Below are positions 1 to 9,738 of a stretch of DNA of 64,000 bases, in pieces; positions within the stretch are counted from its first letter, which is position 1; every line of letters starts with the position of its first letter. The stretch is from a virus, in the IMG/VR virus record IMGVR_UViG_3300042914_004291, positions 64,001 through 128,000 of that record, one strand, 5' to 3'. Made by a program: the position numbers and the translations under genes. The notes beneath the pieces were generated by a model. The model was not told the DNA's origin. It did no database searches and worked only from the letters and a program-made list of their open reading frames with translations.

Positions 1-535
1 CTACTTGATCTAGCACCGCGCGAGGCAGGAAGATATCAAAATCTGGAAGTGTTGTCGCGACTCTGTCGAAATCCTCTAGCTGCATCTCTCCTATCTCTTT
101 GAAGATTGTGCCAAAGACTGTTTTCATGTCGCTAGCTTCCGACAAAATGACTGGTGCTCTCACACTTCCGATGATGTTTTCATACATCATGTCTCTCTTG
201 TTTGAAACGTTGCGTCCTCGGGCCTCATTCAGTGCTTTGTGAGTCCCGGCGTAGATATCGCGCACAATGCTGTAAGTCAACACGGCACTAGAGATTGAAT
301 TAGCTATTGACTTGCTATCAGTACCAGAGCTACATTCTGTTAGCATCCTTTCTGATACCATACGCATGATTCGATGTGTTTCTGTGGCGCTTGATGGGAT
401 TGAAGCTTCAAGTTTTTGCATCGATTCTGCCAATGCAACGATGTCTTGTTGAGATTCGAGTGGCCGAAACCCTGAACGCTTGGCAAACAGGTCTGTGACT
501 CTTGGGAATTTTCGTTTAGTTCTTGTCATGGCCAT
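1..535 (-). CDS. partial hypothetical protein, probable internal head protein (runs off the window edge)
   Basis: Manual translation is open from ATG 535 (or 529) to the edge (MAMTRTKRKFPRV...). It contains LAE/LTE/LNE/LSE motifs. Not in the ORF track. Confidence 0.7.
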   Translation of the reverse strand, partial: MAMTRTKRKFPRVTDLFAKRSGFRPLESQQDIVALAESMQKLEASIPSSATETHRIMRMVSERMLTECSSGTDSKSIANSISSAVLTYSIVRDIYAGTHKALNEARGRNVSNKRDMMYENIIGSVRAPVILSEASDMKTVFGTIFKEIGEMQLEDFDRVATTLPDFDIFLPRAVLDQV

Positions 536-589
536 GATAATAATTCTTTTGTACATCGGTTTGATCCAGCCAACATCATCATAGGCAAA

Positions 590-910
590 ATGAGTACAGA
601 AAAACTATCCAACTTGCGCAACACCGTAGAGAGAACCATCTTCAAAGCTGTTAAAGACAGCTCAGAAAGCGCATTCGACAAAGCCAATCTCTATGCCAGA
701 AAAAAGAATCTTCCAATTGACCCGGCAGTTCTGAACGACGTGCTCTCAGCAATGCGTTCTAGCTTTGTTTCCGAGATGACAAACAGGCTCGACTCTCTGC
801 ATGGCGTAACAGCCGAGGAAGTTCTGAAGGTGTTAGAAGCAGAAAACCCTACCTTGACTTCTCGCAAGAAGACAACCGCAGGAAAACAAGAGGCACAACC
901 CGCAGCCTGA
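590..910 (+). CDS. hypothetical protein
   Basis: 106 aa ORF with no competing long ORF. Confidence 0.65.
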   Translation: MSTEKLSNLRNTVERTIFKAVKDSSESAFDKANLYARKKNLPIDPAVLNDVLSAMRSSFVSEMTNRLDSLHGVTAEEVLKVLEAENPTLTSRKKTTAGKQEAQPAA

Positions 911-1030
911 ACAGCAGATTTTCGGAAATTCAACTTTCATACTTTGCTTCAAACACTTTCGCAGCATCCCTGATTGTTTTTGCCATCATAGTGTTGTCTA
1001 GAATGATGTGGTGATCTAACATTTATTACT

Positions 1031-1564
1031 ATGCCAACCAAACAGACAGACTCATCAACCGTAGAAGATGTTGTCACAAAAACTATCCGCGCCAAGAATT
1101 CTTACGCAAAACATCTTTGTGAATGTCACTGTGTCTTGCCGCAGTTCCTAGACCACCCAACTCCAAAGTTCCATCAGTTCGTCGTATTCAGCCAGTTGGA
1201 TGAAAACATGGACATCGTTCCATCCATGGTCAAATGCAATTTCTGTGGCGCAATAAGTCGTGTCGTTGGAATTGGAAAACTTGAGTCAAAACGCTACGAG
1301 CATTCAGCCGCGATAGAAGCTCTGGAAGAAATCAAAGATCAACTACCAGCAGAGCTGATCAAAAAGCTAGGCATCTATGCGGACAGTTTAGACATAGCAA
1401 CATGGCAAGAGATCAGACATGTGTTGGAAAATGATATTTGCTGGGGAGTCTGTCCAATCGTCCTAACACATGAAACCGACCAGGAAAACGGTGCATCCGT
1501 CGGCAAGGTGCTCAATATTTTTGGTAAGACAATATACAATGTCCGGACGGTATCGATAGACTAA
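1031..1564 (+). CDS. hypothetical Cys-rich protein, possibly zinc-binding
   Basis: HLCECHC and CNFC motifs. Confidence 0.7.
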   Translation: MPTKQTDSSTVEDVVTKTIRAKNSYAKHLCECHCVLPQFLDHPTPKFHQFVVFSQLDENMDIVPSMVKCNFCGAISRVVGIGKLESKRYEHSAAIEALEEIKDQLPAELIKKLGIYADSLDIATWQEIRHVLENDICWGVCPIVLTHETDQENGASVGKVLNIFGKTIYNVRTVSID

Positions 1565-1565
1565 A

Positions 1566-1916
1566 TTGTCTATGAACACCAATGAAACAACCAGCCTAGA
1601 AAAATTTGACAGTTATCTCACAGACACTCCGGAAAGTGGAGTGGAATACATCAAACCAAAATATGTCGAGCTCACACTGACCAAAGAAAGAAAGCAAGAG
1701 CTTCGTGCACTGCTCAAAACACTGAATGATTATGGTATGTCTCAAAGAGACAAACTATTCCTGATCTACATCATGTCTTTGGAATTTGAGAGTCGCGAAG
1801 CAATGGTTGCAATCGCCGATGGTGTTAGCGCTGCCGATGAGCACATTCCGAAAAAATCACTGGTTGGTGTCAAACCACAAACTGCCAGCAAACTAATCAC
1901 TGAATTCAGCCAATAG
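1566..1916 (+). CDS. hypothetical protein
   Basis: Begins 1 nt after the previous stop codon. Confidence 0.65.
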   Translation: MSMNTNETTSLEKFDSYLTDTPESGVEYIKPKYVELTLTKERKQELRALLKTLNDYGMSQRDKLFLIYIMSLEFESREAMVAIADGVSAADEHIPKKSLVGVKPQTASKLITEFSQ

Positions 1917-2139
1917 CGATCAGTCGTACCAATTTGTCGCCAATCTTTGCTTCAACAACTCCGTGAACACTCGATCTCTCGTTGTTTGCAGCCATCAGGC
2001 GACAAGCTTCTAGCTTGTCAATCTTTGTCTGGATATTTCCATTCCCATCTTCGAAATGTACCAGCGTCTTCTTGACCTCGCGATATATGCCTTCTTTGAT
2101 CATTGGATAGTCATACTCAATGCTAGTCCATATTCTCAT
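1906..2139 (-). CDS. hypothetical protein
   Basis: ATGA overlap with the endolysin stop codon. Confidence 0.6.
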   Translation of the reverse strand: MRIWTSIEYDYPMIKEGIYREVKKTLVHFEDGNGNIQTKIDKLEACRLMAANNERSSVHGVVEAKIGDKLVRLIAIG

Positions 2140-2951
2140 TGGTAGAACTCCTCTGGGATTTCGATGAGCGAATCTACCGGTCGTTGGACGATCATTCCGT
2201 GTTTACGACCGGTGTCACGCAGCAAGCGCCTTGTCTTTGGTCCTGGAACACCGTCAGCATCCGTAACGCTCATACCGGCACTTCTTTGAATGGCTTTCCA
2301 GAAGTCTTTGTCTTCGTTCCTTCTTGGGTCAAAGAGTTTATAGCCAGCCGCCTTCAAAGCATAGAAGATGTGTGGTCCAGGGTCGCCCGGACCTCTGTTG
2401 GTTGTCTGATGGAAGTGTGCCAGAACCCCAACAAAGTCATTGCAAGTCTCCAAACGATCAATCTTTTTAGTGATTGGCTTATCCTCGCCAGTGTTCCATG
2501 GAATAACTCGCTGGATTCCATTCAGGGCAGTGATCGCATCAATGAACTGCACTGCTTTGTCGATCTGATCGGAATAGAGATCGCCATTTTCTTCTTGAAC
2601 CATCTCCATTCCAAGTGTGAACCGGTTTGCCGCGCCAGCCTGCCATGTATAGAACTTGGTAGGGTCATTCTGAACAATGAAAGATCCGTCCAGATCCTCT
2701 GTATAATCCCAGGAAACGTCTCTGTCTGTGTTTGTTTGATAGTTTGCGTATCGCTCAGCCAGTGGCCCGGGTGGAGCTTTTCCGGGTTTTACTGTGCCAA
2801 GCTTTCCGTGCACTGTGTGAAGTATGAATGCGCGTATCCAAGTCGATCTACGATCTTTGTCAGTGACTTGTTTGATTTTTGAATCATCAAGCCAACTCTT
2901 GATATCTAATCCAGGAACCTGGATGTTTCGTTCTTTATGAATGATTCCCAT
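2136..2951 (-). CDS. endolysin, N-acetylmuramoyl-L-alanine amidase (Amidase_2-like) with C-terminal peptidoglycan-binding motif
   Basis: ILHT, W-x-AG-x-x-N, LGME, LAH and DPG amidase motifs; C-terminal DGVPGPKT motif; lies next to holin and spanin-like genes. Confidence 0.85.
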   Translation of the reverse strand: MGIIHKERNIQVPGLDIKSWLDDSKIKQVTDKDRRSTWIRAFILHTVHGKLGTVKPGKAPPGPLAERYANYQTNTDRDVSWDYTEDLDGSFIVQNDPTKFYTWQAGAANRFTLGMEMVQEENGDLYSDQIDKAVQFIDAITALNGIQRVIPWNTGEDKPITKKIDRLETCNDFVGVLAHFHQTTNRGPGDPGPHIFYALKAAGYKLFDPRRNEDKDFWKAIQRSAGMSVTDADGVPGPKTRRLLRDTGRKHGMIVQRPVDSLIEIPEEFYQ

Positions 2952-2990
2952 GCCAAGATCTTTTGACGAGATCTTGGCAGTTGTTTACTT

Positions 2991-3257
2991 TCATTCTTTA
3001 CCGGTTACTTGTCCGATTGTTGGCAATGTTTCTGCGGGGGTGACTGGTGCCTTCTTTTCATCGGCCCACTTCCTAGAGAAATACAATGCCATCAGCGGAG
3101 AGAGAAACGACATCGACGCGCCTGCGTCAAATGCTCTGATGTGTGGAGTGGCGAAAATGTTTGCTACATACCAGATGAAAGTGGCGATAAAAGCCAAAAG
3201 CATCATAGTGAATGACACACTTGGCTTCCCGCTGCTGTCTTTGAGAAATGGAATCAT
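2991..3257 (-). CDS. putative holin with two transmembrane segments
   Basis: Two hydrophobic segments and a basic tail; directly upstream of the endolysin. ATG 3257 is preferred over TTG 3281 because of the TAGTTA motif at 3283-3288. Confidence 0.65.
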   Translation of the reverse strand: MIPFLKDSSGKPSVSFTMMLLAFIATFIWYVANIFATPHIRAFDAGASMSFLSPLMALYFSRKWADEKKAPVTPAETLPTIGQVTGKE

Positions 3258-3295
3258 GTTTGTTACAACCTTTCGTAACAAATAACTACGTTTCT

Positions 3296-3898
3296 TTAGT
3301 TCATCAACTCAGCAATGACAGCGGCCAAGCCAGCACCAATCGTCAAACCACCAAGCCCAACAAGAAAGTTTATAAGCACACCAAACCTGGAGTTGCTGGT
3401 CAGTTGCCCTCTTAGTTGATTTATTGTCTGATTCGAAGCTGCAACAGCATCTGCTGCTGATCTGACTTGGGCGACCAGGACCGATTCACGAGTTGCACTG
3501 GCCGCATCAACCAAAGAAAGATCTCTCGCTGCTTGAGCGCCAAGAGTGCGCACTGCGGCATTGCAATTATTCTGAGCTATCTCATCGCGGTAAGTCACGT
3601 TGGCTTCGACAGCAGCTTGAGCTTCGGCGTTAAGACAGAGCACATCGTAAGGTATTTGCAAAGTTTGGCCACGTGGCGCCACAAAACCCTCGCCGCCAGA
3701 GTGAGGAGCTCGATCCGGTGCAGCAACTCTTGGTAGCGCTGGTGCTGTGTACCTCTCTAAAGTTTGTTGTGAAACAAGTGATGTTCTAGCAGTTTGTGCT
3801 GCGTTATGCGTGACGGAACTGCTATTGGTGTTAGTGGCTGTTGTTGCACACGATGTCAACATCAATCCAATCAAAAGCAATTTGGTTGAGATGCTCAT
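3296..3898 (-). CDS. spanin-like lipoprotein with a C-terminal TM helix
   Basis: Lipobox LLLIGLMLTS-C, coiled coil, C-terminal FGVLINFLVGLGGLTIGAGLAAVIA. Confidence 0.6.
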   Translation of the reverse strand: MSISTKLLLIGLMLTSCATTATNTNSSSVTHNAAQTARTSLVSQQTLERYTAPALPRVAAPDRAPHSGGEGFVAPRGQTLQIPYDVLCLNAEAQAAVEANVTYRDEIAQNNCNAAVRTLGAQAARDLSLVDAASATRESVLVAQVRSAADAVAASNQTINQLRGQLTSNSRFGVLINFLVGLGGLTIGAGLAAVIAELMN

Positions 3899-3931
3899 GG
3901 TCTAAGACCATAACACTGTTGGATCTGGTTG

Positions 3932-4402
3932 TCAATATGGATTGGCTGGGATGGTTTCAGTTTCAGTCGGGTCAGTCGGTTGGACTACCGGCTGTTGAAC
4001 GATTGCGATTCCAAAGAGTTTGTTCACGGCTTCAGCCATGGCATCCGGATTGTTTCTGTTGCGCTCGATCAGCGATCTAATTTCAGACTTGTTCGCGTCA
4101 AGAATCTCTTGTGTTCGTTCTTCTTTGCGTTCTTCAATTGTCTTAACCAAGTCATTATAGGATCGTTCAATCTCTTCGCGACGCTTCCGCTCTGCCTCGA
4201 TCCCAGACTGAATCTCTTCAATCCTTGTGTTGTGCGACGCGAGCATGGCGTCGCGTTCCTTCATCATGTTCTCGATGAGCGACTCCTTGTTTTTTGCAAA
4301 TGCCAAGGTATATGCAGTAACTGCGGCAAACGCCAGCAAATACCAATATTTCTTGATTTTTTCAAACAGCCACGCAAACTTGGCTTTAATTGTCTGTATC
4401 AT
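3932..4402 (-). CDS. putative inner-membrane spanin (Rz-like)
   Basis: N-terminal TM segment followed by a long charged coiled coil, within the lysis cassette. Confidence 0.6.
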   Translation of the reverse strand: MIQTIKAKFAWLFEKIKKYWYLLAFAAVTAYTLAFAKNKESLIENMMKERDAMLASHNTRIEEIQSGIEAERKRREEIERSYNDLVKTIEERKEERTQEILDANKSEIRSLIERNRNNPDAMAEAVNKLFGIAIVQQPVVQPTDPTETETIPANPY

Positions 4403-4403
4403 C

Positions 4404-4916
4404 TCAATTTACCTCGTTCTTAACCTTCCCAAGTTTTCGCGCGAACAATTCTGCTTTTTCATACTCTTGTTCCTCCGGAGTGTCAACATTGGTTGCGTCT
4501 GCCAGCTCCTGCGCACTGATCATTTCTTCCAAAGCGTCAGTGCTAGAATATTCACCTTCTCCAACGTCGGCCGGTTCATGACTATCTGCCACTACTGTCG
4601 TCATTGTTTCCAGCAACACTGTCAGTCGGTTCAGGATTTCCCACTGCATTCTCTGCATGTCAACCAGCTTGTCCAGGCGCTGAATTATGACCATGTTTTC
4701 AAACTTTCTAAGCTGTTCAGACACCTCTTCGTTACTTGGCGCCTTCATCAAATCAAGCTTCTCATCTGTTGTGGTTTTATTTGAATGACGTTTGCTGACA
4801 TCCGTGTTTTTAGTTTTCAATCGCACATTGCCAGTTCTTGGTGCGCCTTTTCTCATCTGTGCCACCACCAACGATACCAAACTCTTAGCGACTTCTTCAT
4901 TTTTTTTGCTGTTCAT
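4404..4916 (-). CDS. hypothetical protein
   Basis: 170 aa ORF with GGAGG RBS, in a tightly packed minus-strand run. Confidence 0.7.
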   Translation of the reverse strand: MNSKKNEEVAKSLVSLVVAQMRKGAPRTGNVRLKTKNTDVSKRHSNKTTTDEKLDLMKAPSNEEVSEQLRKFENMVIIQRLDKLVDMQRMQWEILNRLTVLLETMTTVVADSHEPADVGEGEYSSTDALEEMISAQELADATNVDTPEEQEYEKAELFARKLGKVKNEVN

Positions 4917-4931
4917 TCTTATCCTCCAACC

Positions 4932-5453
4932 TCAACCCTTGCTAGTGATCCTTTTCCGCGCGGCCTTTTCTTTCAGATCGATGATAGTGTCAGTGACACG
5001 TCTTTGTAAAAACTTGTCTTGTTTGAATGTTTTGAAGTTTAAGTTCGCAGCATTGATGCTTGTATCCATTTCATGGTCTATGTGCGCATTGTCATCACAT
5101 TCGTTCTCAGCTTCTTCTTGTCTACGCGCAGCTTCAATCAATGAATACAGAGAATTTTCATTCATGATCACATACTCATCGCCGCGGCGCACCGGATTCT
5201 GAACGGCATACTCCAGGATAGGAGCAAACACAGGATTTTTTTCTGCGATCATCCGGAAGACGTGTGACATCAGCTCCTGTAGTGATATGGCGTTGTCAAC
5301 AAGGACTCTTTGTGTGGCAATGATAGTGTCTCGTGGAACAGCGGCAGAAAAGCACGTATACCCTCGCTCTACCGTCTCACGGTAGGAAGATGAGGTGTAC
5401 AGTGCTATTTGTTGGATTACTTCTTCTGGGAGTTTTGATTGGCGGCGATTCAT
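4932..5453 (-). CDS. hypothetical protein
   Basis: 173 aa ORF; TTGTTA motif at 5459-5464. Confidence 0.7.
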   Translation of the reverse strand: MNRRQSKLPEEVIQQIALYTSSSYRETVERGYTCFSAAVPRDTIIATQRVLVDNAISLQELMSHVFRMIAEKNPVFAPILEYAVQNPVRRGDEYVIMNENSLYSLIEAARRQEEAENECDDNAHIDHEMDTSINAANLNFKTFKQDKFLQRRVTDTIIDLKEKAARKRITSKG

Positions 5454-5503
5454 TAGACTAACAAACTGATGTTGTGTCTTCTGATGACATCATGTGCAAG
5501 CCG

Positions 5504-6358
5504 TTAGATGTCTCCGCCCCCCAAGGCACCGGTTCCACCCGCAGGAACGCCGCCAGATTCCGGACCAGCACCACCGCTGAATGGCATTGCATATGCGTTC
5601 TCACGTCCTTTGACATTTGTCTTCGCTGAGAGTTTGAAGTCTTGTTCTAGGATAGACACCAACTCTTTTGCAAGGCGCGGAGAGTAGTTCTTTGAAATAT
5701 AGTACATAGCTCTGTTCAAGACCACACTCTGTGGATCCAGCAAAGTGTCATAGTTGATTGCAAGCCTTGCCACGCCCTCAGCAAATTTTCTAACATTTAT
5801 CTTTGGAACCGGCACAGTTTCGCCGCCAGATACATCTCCACTATCACCATCTGAAGATGAGCTATCATCGCCGCCGAGATCTGCAAAAGGATCACCGCCG
5901 CCACCACCGGCACCACCAAGTGGGTCGCTGCCACCACCGGCACCACCAGCGTCAGCGCCCGCGGCTGGGTCTGCTGCCGGATCTGGCTGCTGTTCAAAAA
6001 GAAATGCCGCCATGGTTGATGCTGACTTGTTTTTCTTTGGGCGTTGTTTGCTGGCTTCAAATACTTGTTGCATCGTTGTCAGGTCTGGCCTTTCATCCTT
6101 TGCAATAGTCGCAGTTGCAGCAGCACTCTTCTTTGCTAGTCCCTGAGCAGTTGCATCGCGTTCAAAACTGAAAAGATAGCTGTCAATCTTCTGATCAACG
6201 CTAGCATTTTTTTCACGCAAAGTATCTGTAGCGTCCGGAATTCCAGTCAGCCTAGGCTGCGGTTGTTGGTAGTTGGATGCGCCTTCACCGCCACTCTCTT
6301 GCTCGTTCAGATATCTGGAGAGTTTGTCGAAGAATTTTTTTGTTGATCGATGCATCAT
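5504..6358 (-). CDS. probable head-associated protein with Gly/Asp-rich linker
   Basis: YLNE, VFE and LFE putative cleavage motifs; ATGA-coupled to the SOD-like gene. Confidence 0.6.
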   Translation of the reverse strand: MMHRSTKKFFDKLSRYLNEQESGGEGASNYQQPQPRLTGIPDATDTLREKNASVDQKIDSYLFSFERDATAQGLAKKSAAATATIAKDERPDLTTMQQVFEASKQRPKKNKSASTMAAFLFEQQPDPAADPAAGADAGGAGGGSDPLGGAGGGGGDPFADLGGDDSSSSDGDSGDVSGGETVPVPKINVRKFAEGVARLAINYDTLLDPQSVVLNRAMYYISKNYSPRLAKELVSILEQDFKLSAKTNVKGRENAYAMPFSGGAGPESGGVPAGGTGALGGGDI

Positions 6359-7239
6359 TCTGAGATCTTTCCTTCCATGATCGAGGTGATTGGGTTCTGG
6401 CCAACAACCATCACAGGACTATTACCAGATGATGTTGAATTGTAGGCTGGCTCGATAGCATATAGTTGCTGCATCTTGCTAACTTCCGCAGCAATCATTC
6501 TCATCTCAACCACACTCCAGTTGAACTCGCGCATTGAGTTGGCAACGTACGTGGATTTCTCACCAGGAAAATCATAAAACCATGCGTGATGCCAGGTATC
6601 TAGCACAATAACAGGAATGGCCATCAAAGGAATATGCTGGTCGTGTTTTTCAACTATGGCATTGAAATATCTGTCCTTGTATGGATCATAGAAACAAATT
6701 GCCCAACCTTCCATTGCATTCATCGCACATGCCATGAAGTCTAATTGCCATGCATCGAACGTACCCCAGTCGCGAGATAGTCTCATGAATGGTATGCTGT
6801 CTGCTCTGACAGTTGAGTTCAGATCACCTGAGTTAGTGAAATAAAGTTCATGCAGCTTCACGCCGTTCATGTTGTGCACTTCTTCAAGTTTAAGAGCTCT
6901 GAAATCAGAAACGTTTGGATTCAGTGTGTTGTCCGACGTCCTTTGCACAGAATCTAGCTTGGCACTCACCTTGTTGAAAGACGCAATGTAGATGTTGTAG
7001 AGCTTCTCGTGCAACTCTTTCGTGGTTGGACTAGTGAAATCAGAACGCTGTTGAAACACTCTAGGCATCAGAGCGACAGCTTCGTTCAGCATTGATTTTG
7101 CCGCAGAGATCACAGCTTGTTTTTCTGGGATCTTGACTCCGGCATTGTTCAGTGCTTCTCTCAGAGCTCGACGAATGATTCCATCGTGTGCATCTGAAGT
7201 ATATAGCTCCGGATGGTCGTTATCTTTTTTCTTTGTCAT
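6355..7239 (-). CDS. Fe/Mn superoxide dismutase family protein with N-terminal extension
   Basis: ELHEKLY, LHELYF, WGTFDAW, GWA, DTWHHAW (canonical DxWEHAY) and NWSVVE motifs. Confidence 0.85.
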   Translation of the reverse strand: MTKKKDNDHPELYTSDAHDGIIRRALREALNNAGVKIPEKQAVISAAKSMLNEAVALMPRVFQQRSDFTSPTTKELHEKLYNIYIASFNKVSAKLDSVQRTSDNTLNPNVSDFRALKLEEVHNMNGVKLHELYFTNSGDLNSTVRADSIPFMRLSRDWGTFDAWQLDFMACAMNAMEGWAICFYDPYKDRYFNAIVEKHDQHIPLMAIPVIVLDTWHHAWFYDFPGEKSTYVANSMREFNWSVVEMRMIAAEVSKMQQLYAIEPAYNSTSSGNSPVMVVGQNPITSIMEGKISE

Positions 7240-7267
7240 GGTTTGCCGTTGGTAATTCTACTAGTAA

Positions 7268-7900
7268 CTACCAGAGCAGTTTACCAAGACCAATAGCAGA
7301 ATCATTCTCTTCGTTCAGACATACGTCTTTGATCGCAGCCACATTCTCTGGCGTCTTCTTTCCTTGGACTTGGTACTGGTAGAGCTTGATCATCTTGTTG
7401 AACAGCGTGGATGGGATGACTTTGTCTGTGCTTAGTTGGTTGGCAACGTTAAGAACCTTGATCCATTCTTGTTGTCCGAGCGTGTTTTCGCCGCAAAACA
7501 AACTTTTGAATCCGTTCAGGAGCCTTCGCATCACAGATTGCCTGCTCTGTGGATCATACACCGAACGAAAAAATGCATACTGGTTTTCTTTTCCATCAAT
7601 CCCCCAGATCTTTGCTATGATCTCCGGTCTTTCAAGTACAATTGCCAGTGCACCGTTCATGATTTTCTTGAAGAAAGGATCATTTGGTGTCGGCGATGGT
7701 ATGCTTGTTCTACCATCATCTGGCACCGTGGTTGCAACCGTGCTAGGATGTGGCATTGTTCTCTTTCTAGAATCAAAAGCAGCTTTGAAACGATCAGTCA
7801 TCCTGCCAATCAGAGACTGTCTTTGCCCTTCTTCTGATAATTCATCCATTTCCATTAGAAATGACATCAAGGTTGCCTGTGGTTCTAGATCCGTTGACAT
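7268..7900 (-). CDS. hypothetical protein, probably virion-associated
   Basis: ATG 7900 lies 9 nt after TTGTTA; leader ends in FLME. Confidence 0.65.
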   Translation of the reverse strand: MSTDLEPQATLMSFLMEMDELSEEGQRQSLIGRMTDRFKAAFDSRKRTMPHPSTVATTVPDDGRTSIPSPTPNDPFFKKIMNGALAIVLERPEIIAKIWGIDGKENQYAFFRSVYDPQSRQSVMRRLLNGFKSLFCGENTLGQQEWIKVLNVANQLSTDKVIPSTLFNKMIKLYQYQVQGKKTPENVAAIKDVCLNEENDSAIGLGKLLW

Positions 7901-7945
7901 AACGTACAATAACAATGCACGGAATGCAGGTTATCATCTCGCGAC

Positions 7946-7975
7946 TTGACAGGTAGGAGGTGCATGTGCTAAGGT
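7946..7975 (+). promoter_or_regulatory. sigma70-type promoter
   Basis: TTGACA-N18-TAAGGT with extended TG, followed by GGAG RBS and ATG 8002. Confidence 0.7.
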
Positions 7976-8001
7976 GCTCTGTGTGAAAGGAGCATGTACA
8001 C

Positions 8002-8283
8002 ATGCCTGAACGTGGATTTCGCTACGTTAACAAACGAGAGAATACCGGTAAAACTGGAGCATTTCCTGAGCACATCACGTCATTCAACCACGTGATGCAG
8101 GAAGATGTTACTCACACTGGTCTGCAACAAACAATCTTTGCTGGAACGACTGTGTCGATCAGCAAAACTGTTCAGTGCGCCAATGGGGTCTGGTTCAAGA
8201 CCAGCCTATCTGGAACACCGATCTGGTTTCTCGGACATGGTACGCGCTCCTACAGAACAATTTACCAAGGACAAGAAGAATAG
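8002..8283 (+). CDS. hypothetical protein
   Basis: AAGGAG RBS; lies downstream of the promoter. Confidence 0.65.
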   Translation: MPERGFRYVNKRENTGKTGAFPEHITSFNHVMQEDVTHTGLQQTIFAGTTVSISKTVQCANGVWFKTSLSGTPIWFLGHGTRSYRTIYQGQEE

Positions 8284-8289
8284 GAAACA

Positions 8290-9123
8290 ATGGGAGCAGA
8301 AGACAAACAATACGTACAACTACTAGCGCCAGGACAGAAATTTCAAGTCGAGTTCAAACCTGGGAGTGAGGCTGCTGTACTTTCTGGTGAATACCGGGTA
8401 ACCGAGATCAAATCAGGTCGCGGTCGTGGCGGAACACTGAATGTTATAGCAGTTGACATGGCTGGCAATCTGATGCCTGATGTGCCAATCGAAGACCCAA
8501 AACACCGTGTTGTGATTGCCGATCGATGTTTCGGAACCAGCGCATGGCCAATGGTTCAAAAGTTCAGCATCGAAGGCCGTTTGATCTATGAAGCAGAAAC
8601 TGAGATAAAAGCTGTTGCGGCAAAAAAGACCGACGACACTAGGATCAAGAAAATCATCGCCGCACCCACAACGAGTGTTGCACCAAAAGTACCTAAGCCA
8701 CGATCAATGTCTGGTGTCAATAACCTGGATGCTGTCAGCCCAACTGCGACTATACCGCCAACTGCGGCAGACGGCGCAGGTACTGAGAAATCGAGCTTCA
8801 TCCAGCAACGAACTCAGTTGACCAATGCTCGGGTGCATGCAACGGCCAATCAACCAAAGAAGGTTTATGACTGCTTGCTCCCGATACTTGAAAACAGCAA
8901 AGCTGGCAAACCACTCCTGTTGCGATTTGCCGCTGTGCCTATGACCAACGAACTCAACGGAGACTACAGCGTGATTGATTACAAGAAAGTTGACGAGGGC
9001 CAACCAGCGCTCGTGATCAACCTTCAATCGCTTGATATTCCAAACAAAGTGGTTAAGTTCGAGACAAACCGCACCGACATTCACATCAAACGGATTGACG
9101 AGATCACACAGCCCGTACGCTGA
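8290..9123 (+). CDS. hypothetical protein with a duplicated beta-rich domain
   Basis: LSGEYRVTEIK and LNGDYSVIDYK repeats separated by a Pro/Thr/Ala-rich linker. Confidence 0.7.
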   Translation: MGAEDKQYVQLLAPGQKFQVEFKPGSEAAVLSGEYRVTEIKSGRGRGGTLNVIAVDMAGNLMPDVPIEDPKHRVVIADRCFGTSAWPMVQKFSIEGRLIYEAETEIKAVAAKKTDDTRIKKIIAAPTTSVAPKVPKPRSMSGVNNLDAVSPTATIPPTAADGAGTEKSSFIQQRTQLTNARVHATANQPKKVYDCLLPILENSKAGKPLLLRFAAVPMTNELNGDYSVIDYKKVDEGQPALVINLQSLDIPNKVVKFETNRTDIHIKRIDEITQPVR

Positions 9124-9150
9124 CCCTCACAAAGCCGTCCTATATTCGCT

Positions 9151-9702
9151 CTAGTCGATCAATAAATTTCCAACTCTTCTCGGCTGTCCGAACAAAGAAC
9201 GGCCATTGGATCGATTAACAGCCGCCTCTTCAACAAACAAAGTACCCATGTTGCTCATTGGTGGCGTCTTGATTGGTACAAGATTGATCTTTCGAGCTCC
9301 GGAACCTTCCTTGCCCAAGTCTATGACTGACAGGTTGCTGTCAAGGATCAAACCTTGAACAATGTTCTCTGCAACGATGAACTGGTCAAGGTGGCCAAGT
9401 TGATCTGTTCTTCCAACCTCCCTCATCAATTTATGATCTTCATCCACGCAGCGGTAGACTGAATACCCCGGATAAAGCGTAGCTGAGTTGTTTGAGGATG
9501 CTAGCCGTGGAGCAACGGCATCGGTGCTAGCACCATTTTGCTGTTGCATGATGCGTTTCATCAGCATTGCCTGTAGATCGCCAGGATCAATTGATCTGTC
9601 GTATGCTGGGGATTGCGTCCGCTGCTTGGTTGTGTGATGGCTGTGTTGTTGTGGTTGACGCATTCCTGGTAGGAACACTGATGGTGGTTCGTTGCTATTC
9701 AT
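9151..9702 (-). CDS. hypothetical protein
   Basis: ATG 9702 preferred because TTGTTA occupies 9715-9720. Confidence 0.65.
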   Translation of the reverse strand: MNSNEPPSVFLPGMRQPQQHSHHTTKQRTQSPAYDRSIDPGDLQAMLMKRIMQQQNGASTDAVAPRLASSNNSATLYPGYSVYRCVDEDHKLMREVGRTDQLGHLDQFIVAENIVQGLILDSNLSVIDLGKEGSGARKINLVPIKTPPMSNMGTLFVEEAAVNRSNGRSLFGQPRRVGNLLID

Positions 9703-9738
9703 GTTACTGATGAATAACAATAAGAGGCTGAAGTTGAG

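Noticed and set aside
911-1030. Intergenic gap examined for tRNA or ncRNA (also 12933-13016 and 19790-19858)
   Set aside because: No cloverleaf, T-loop motif or convincing stem was found by eye.
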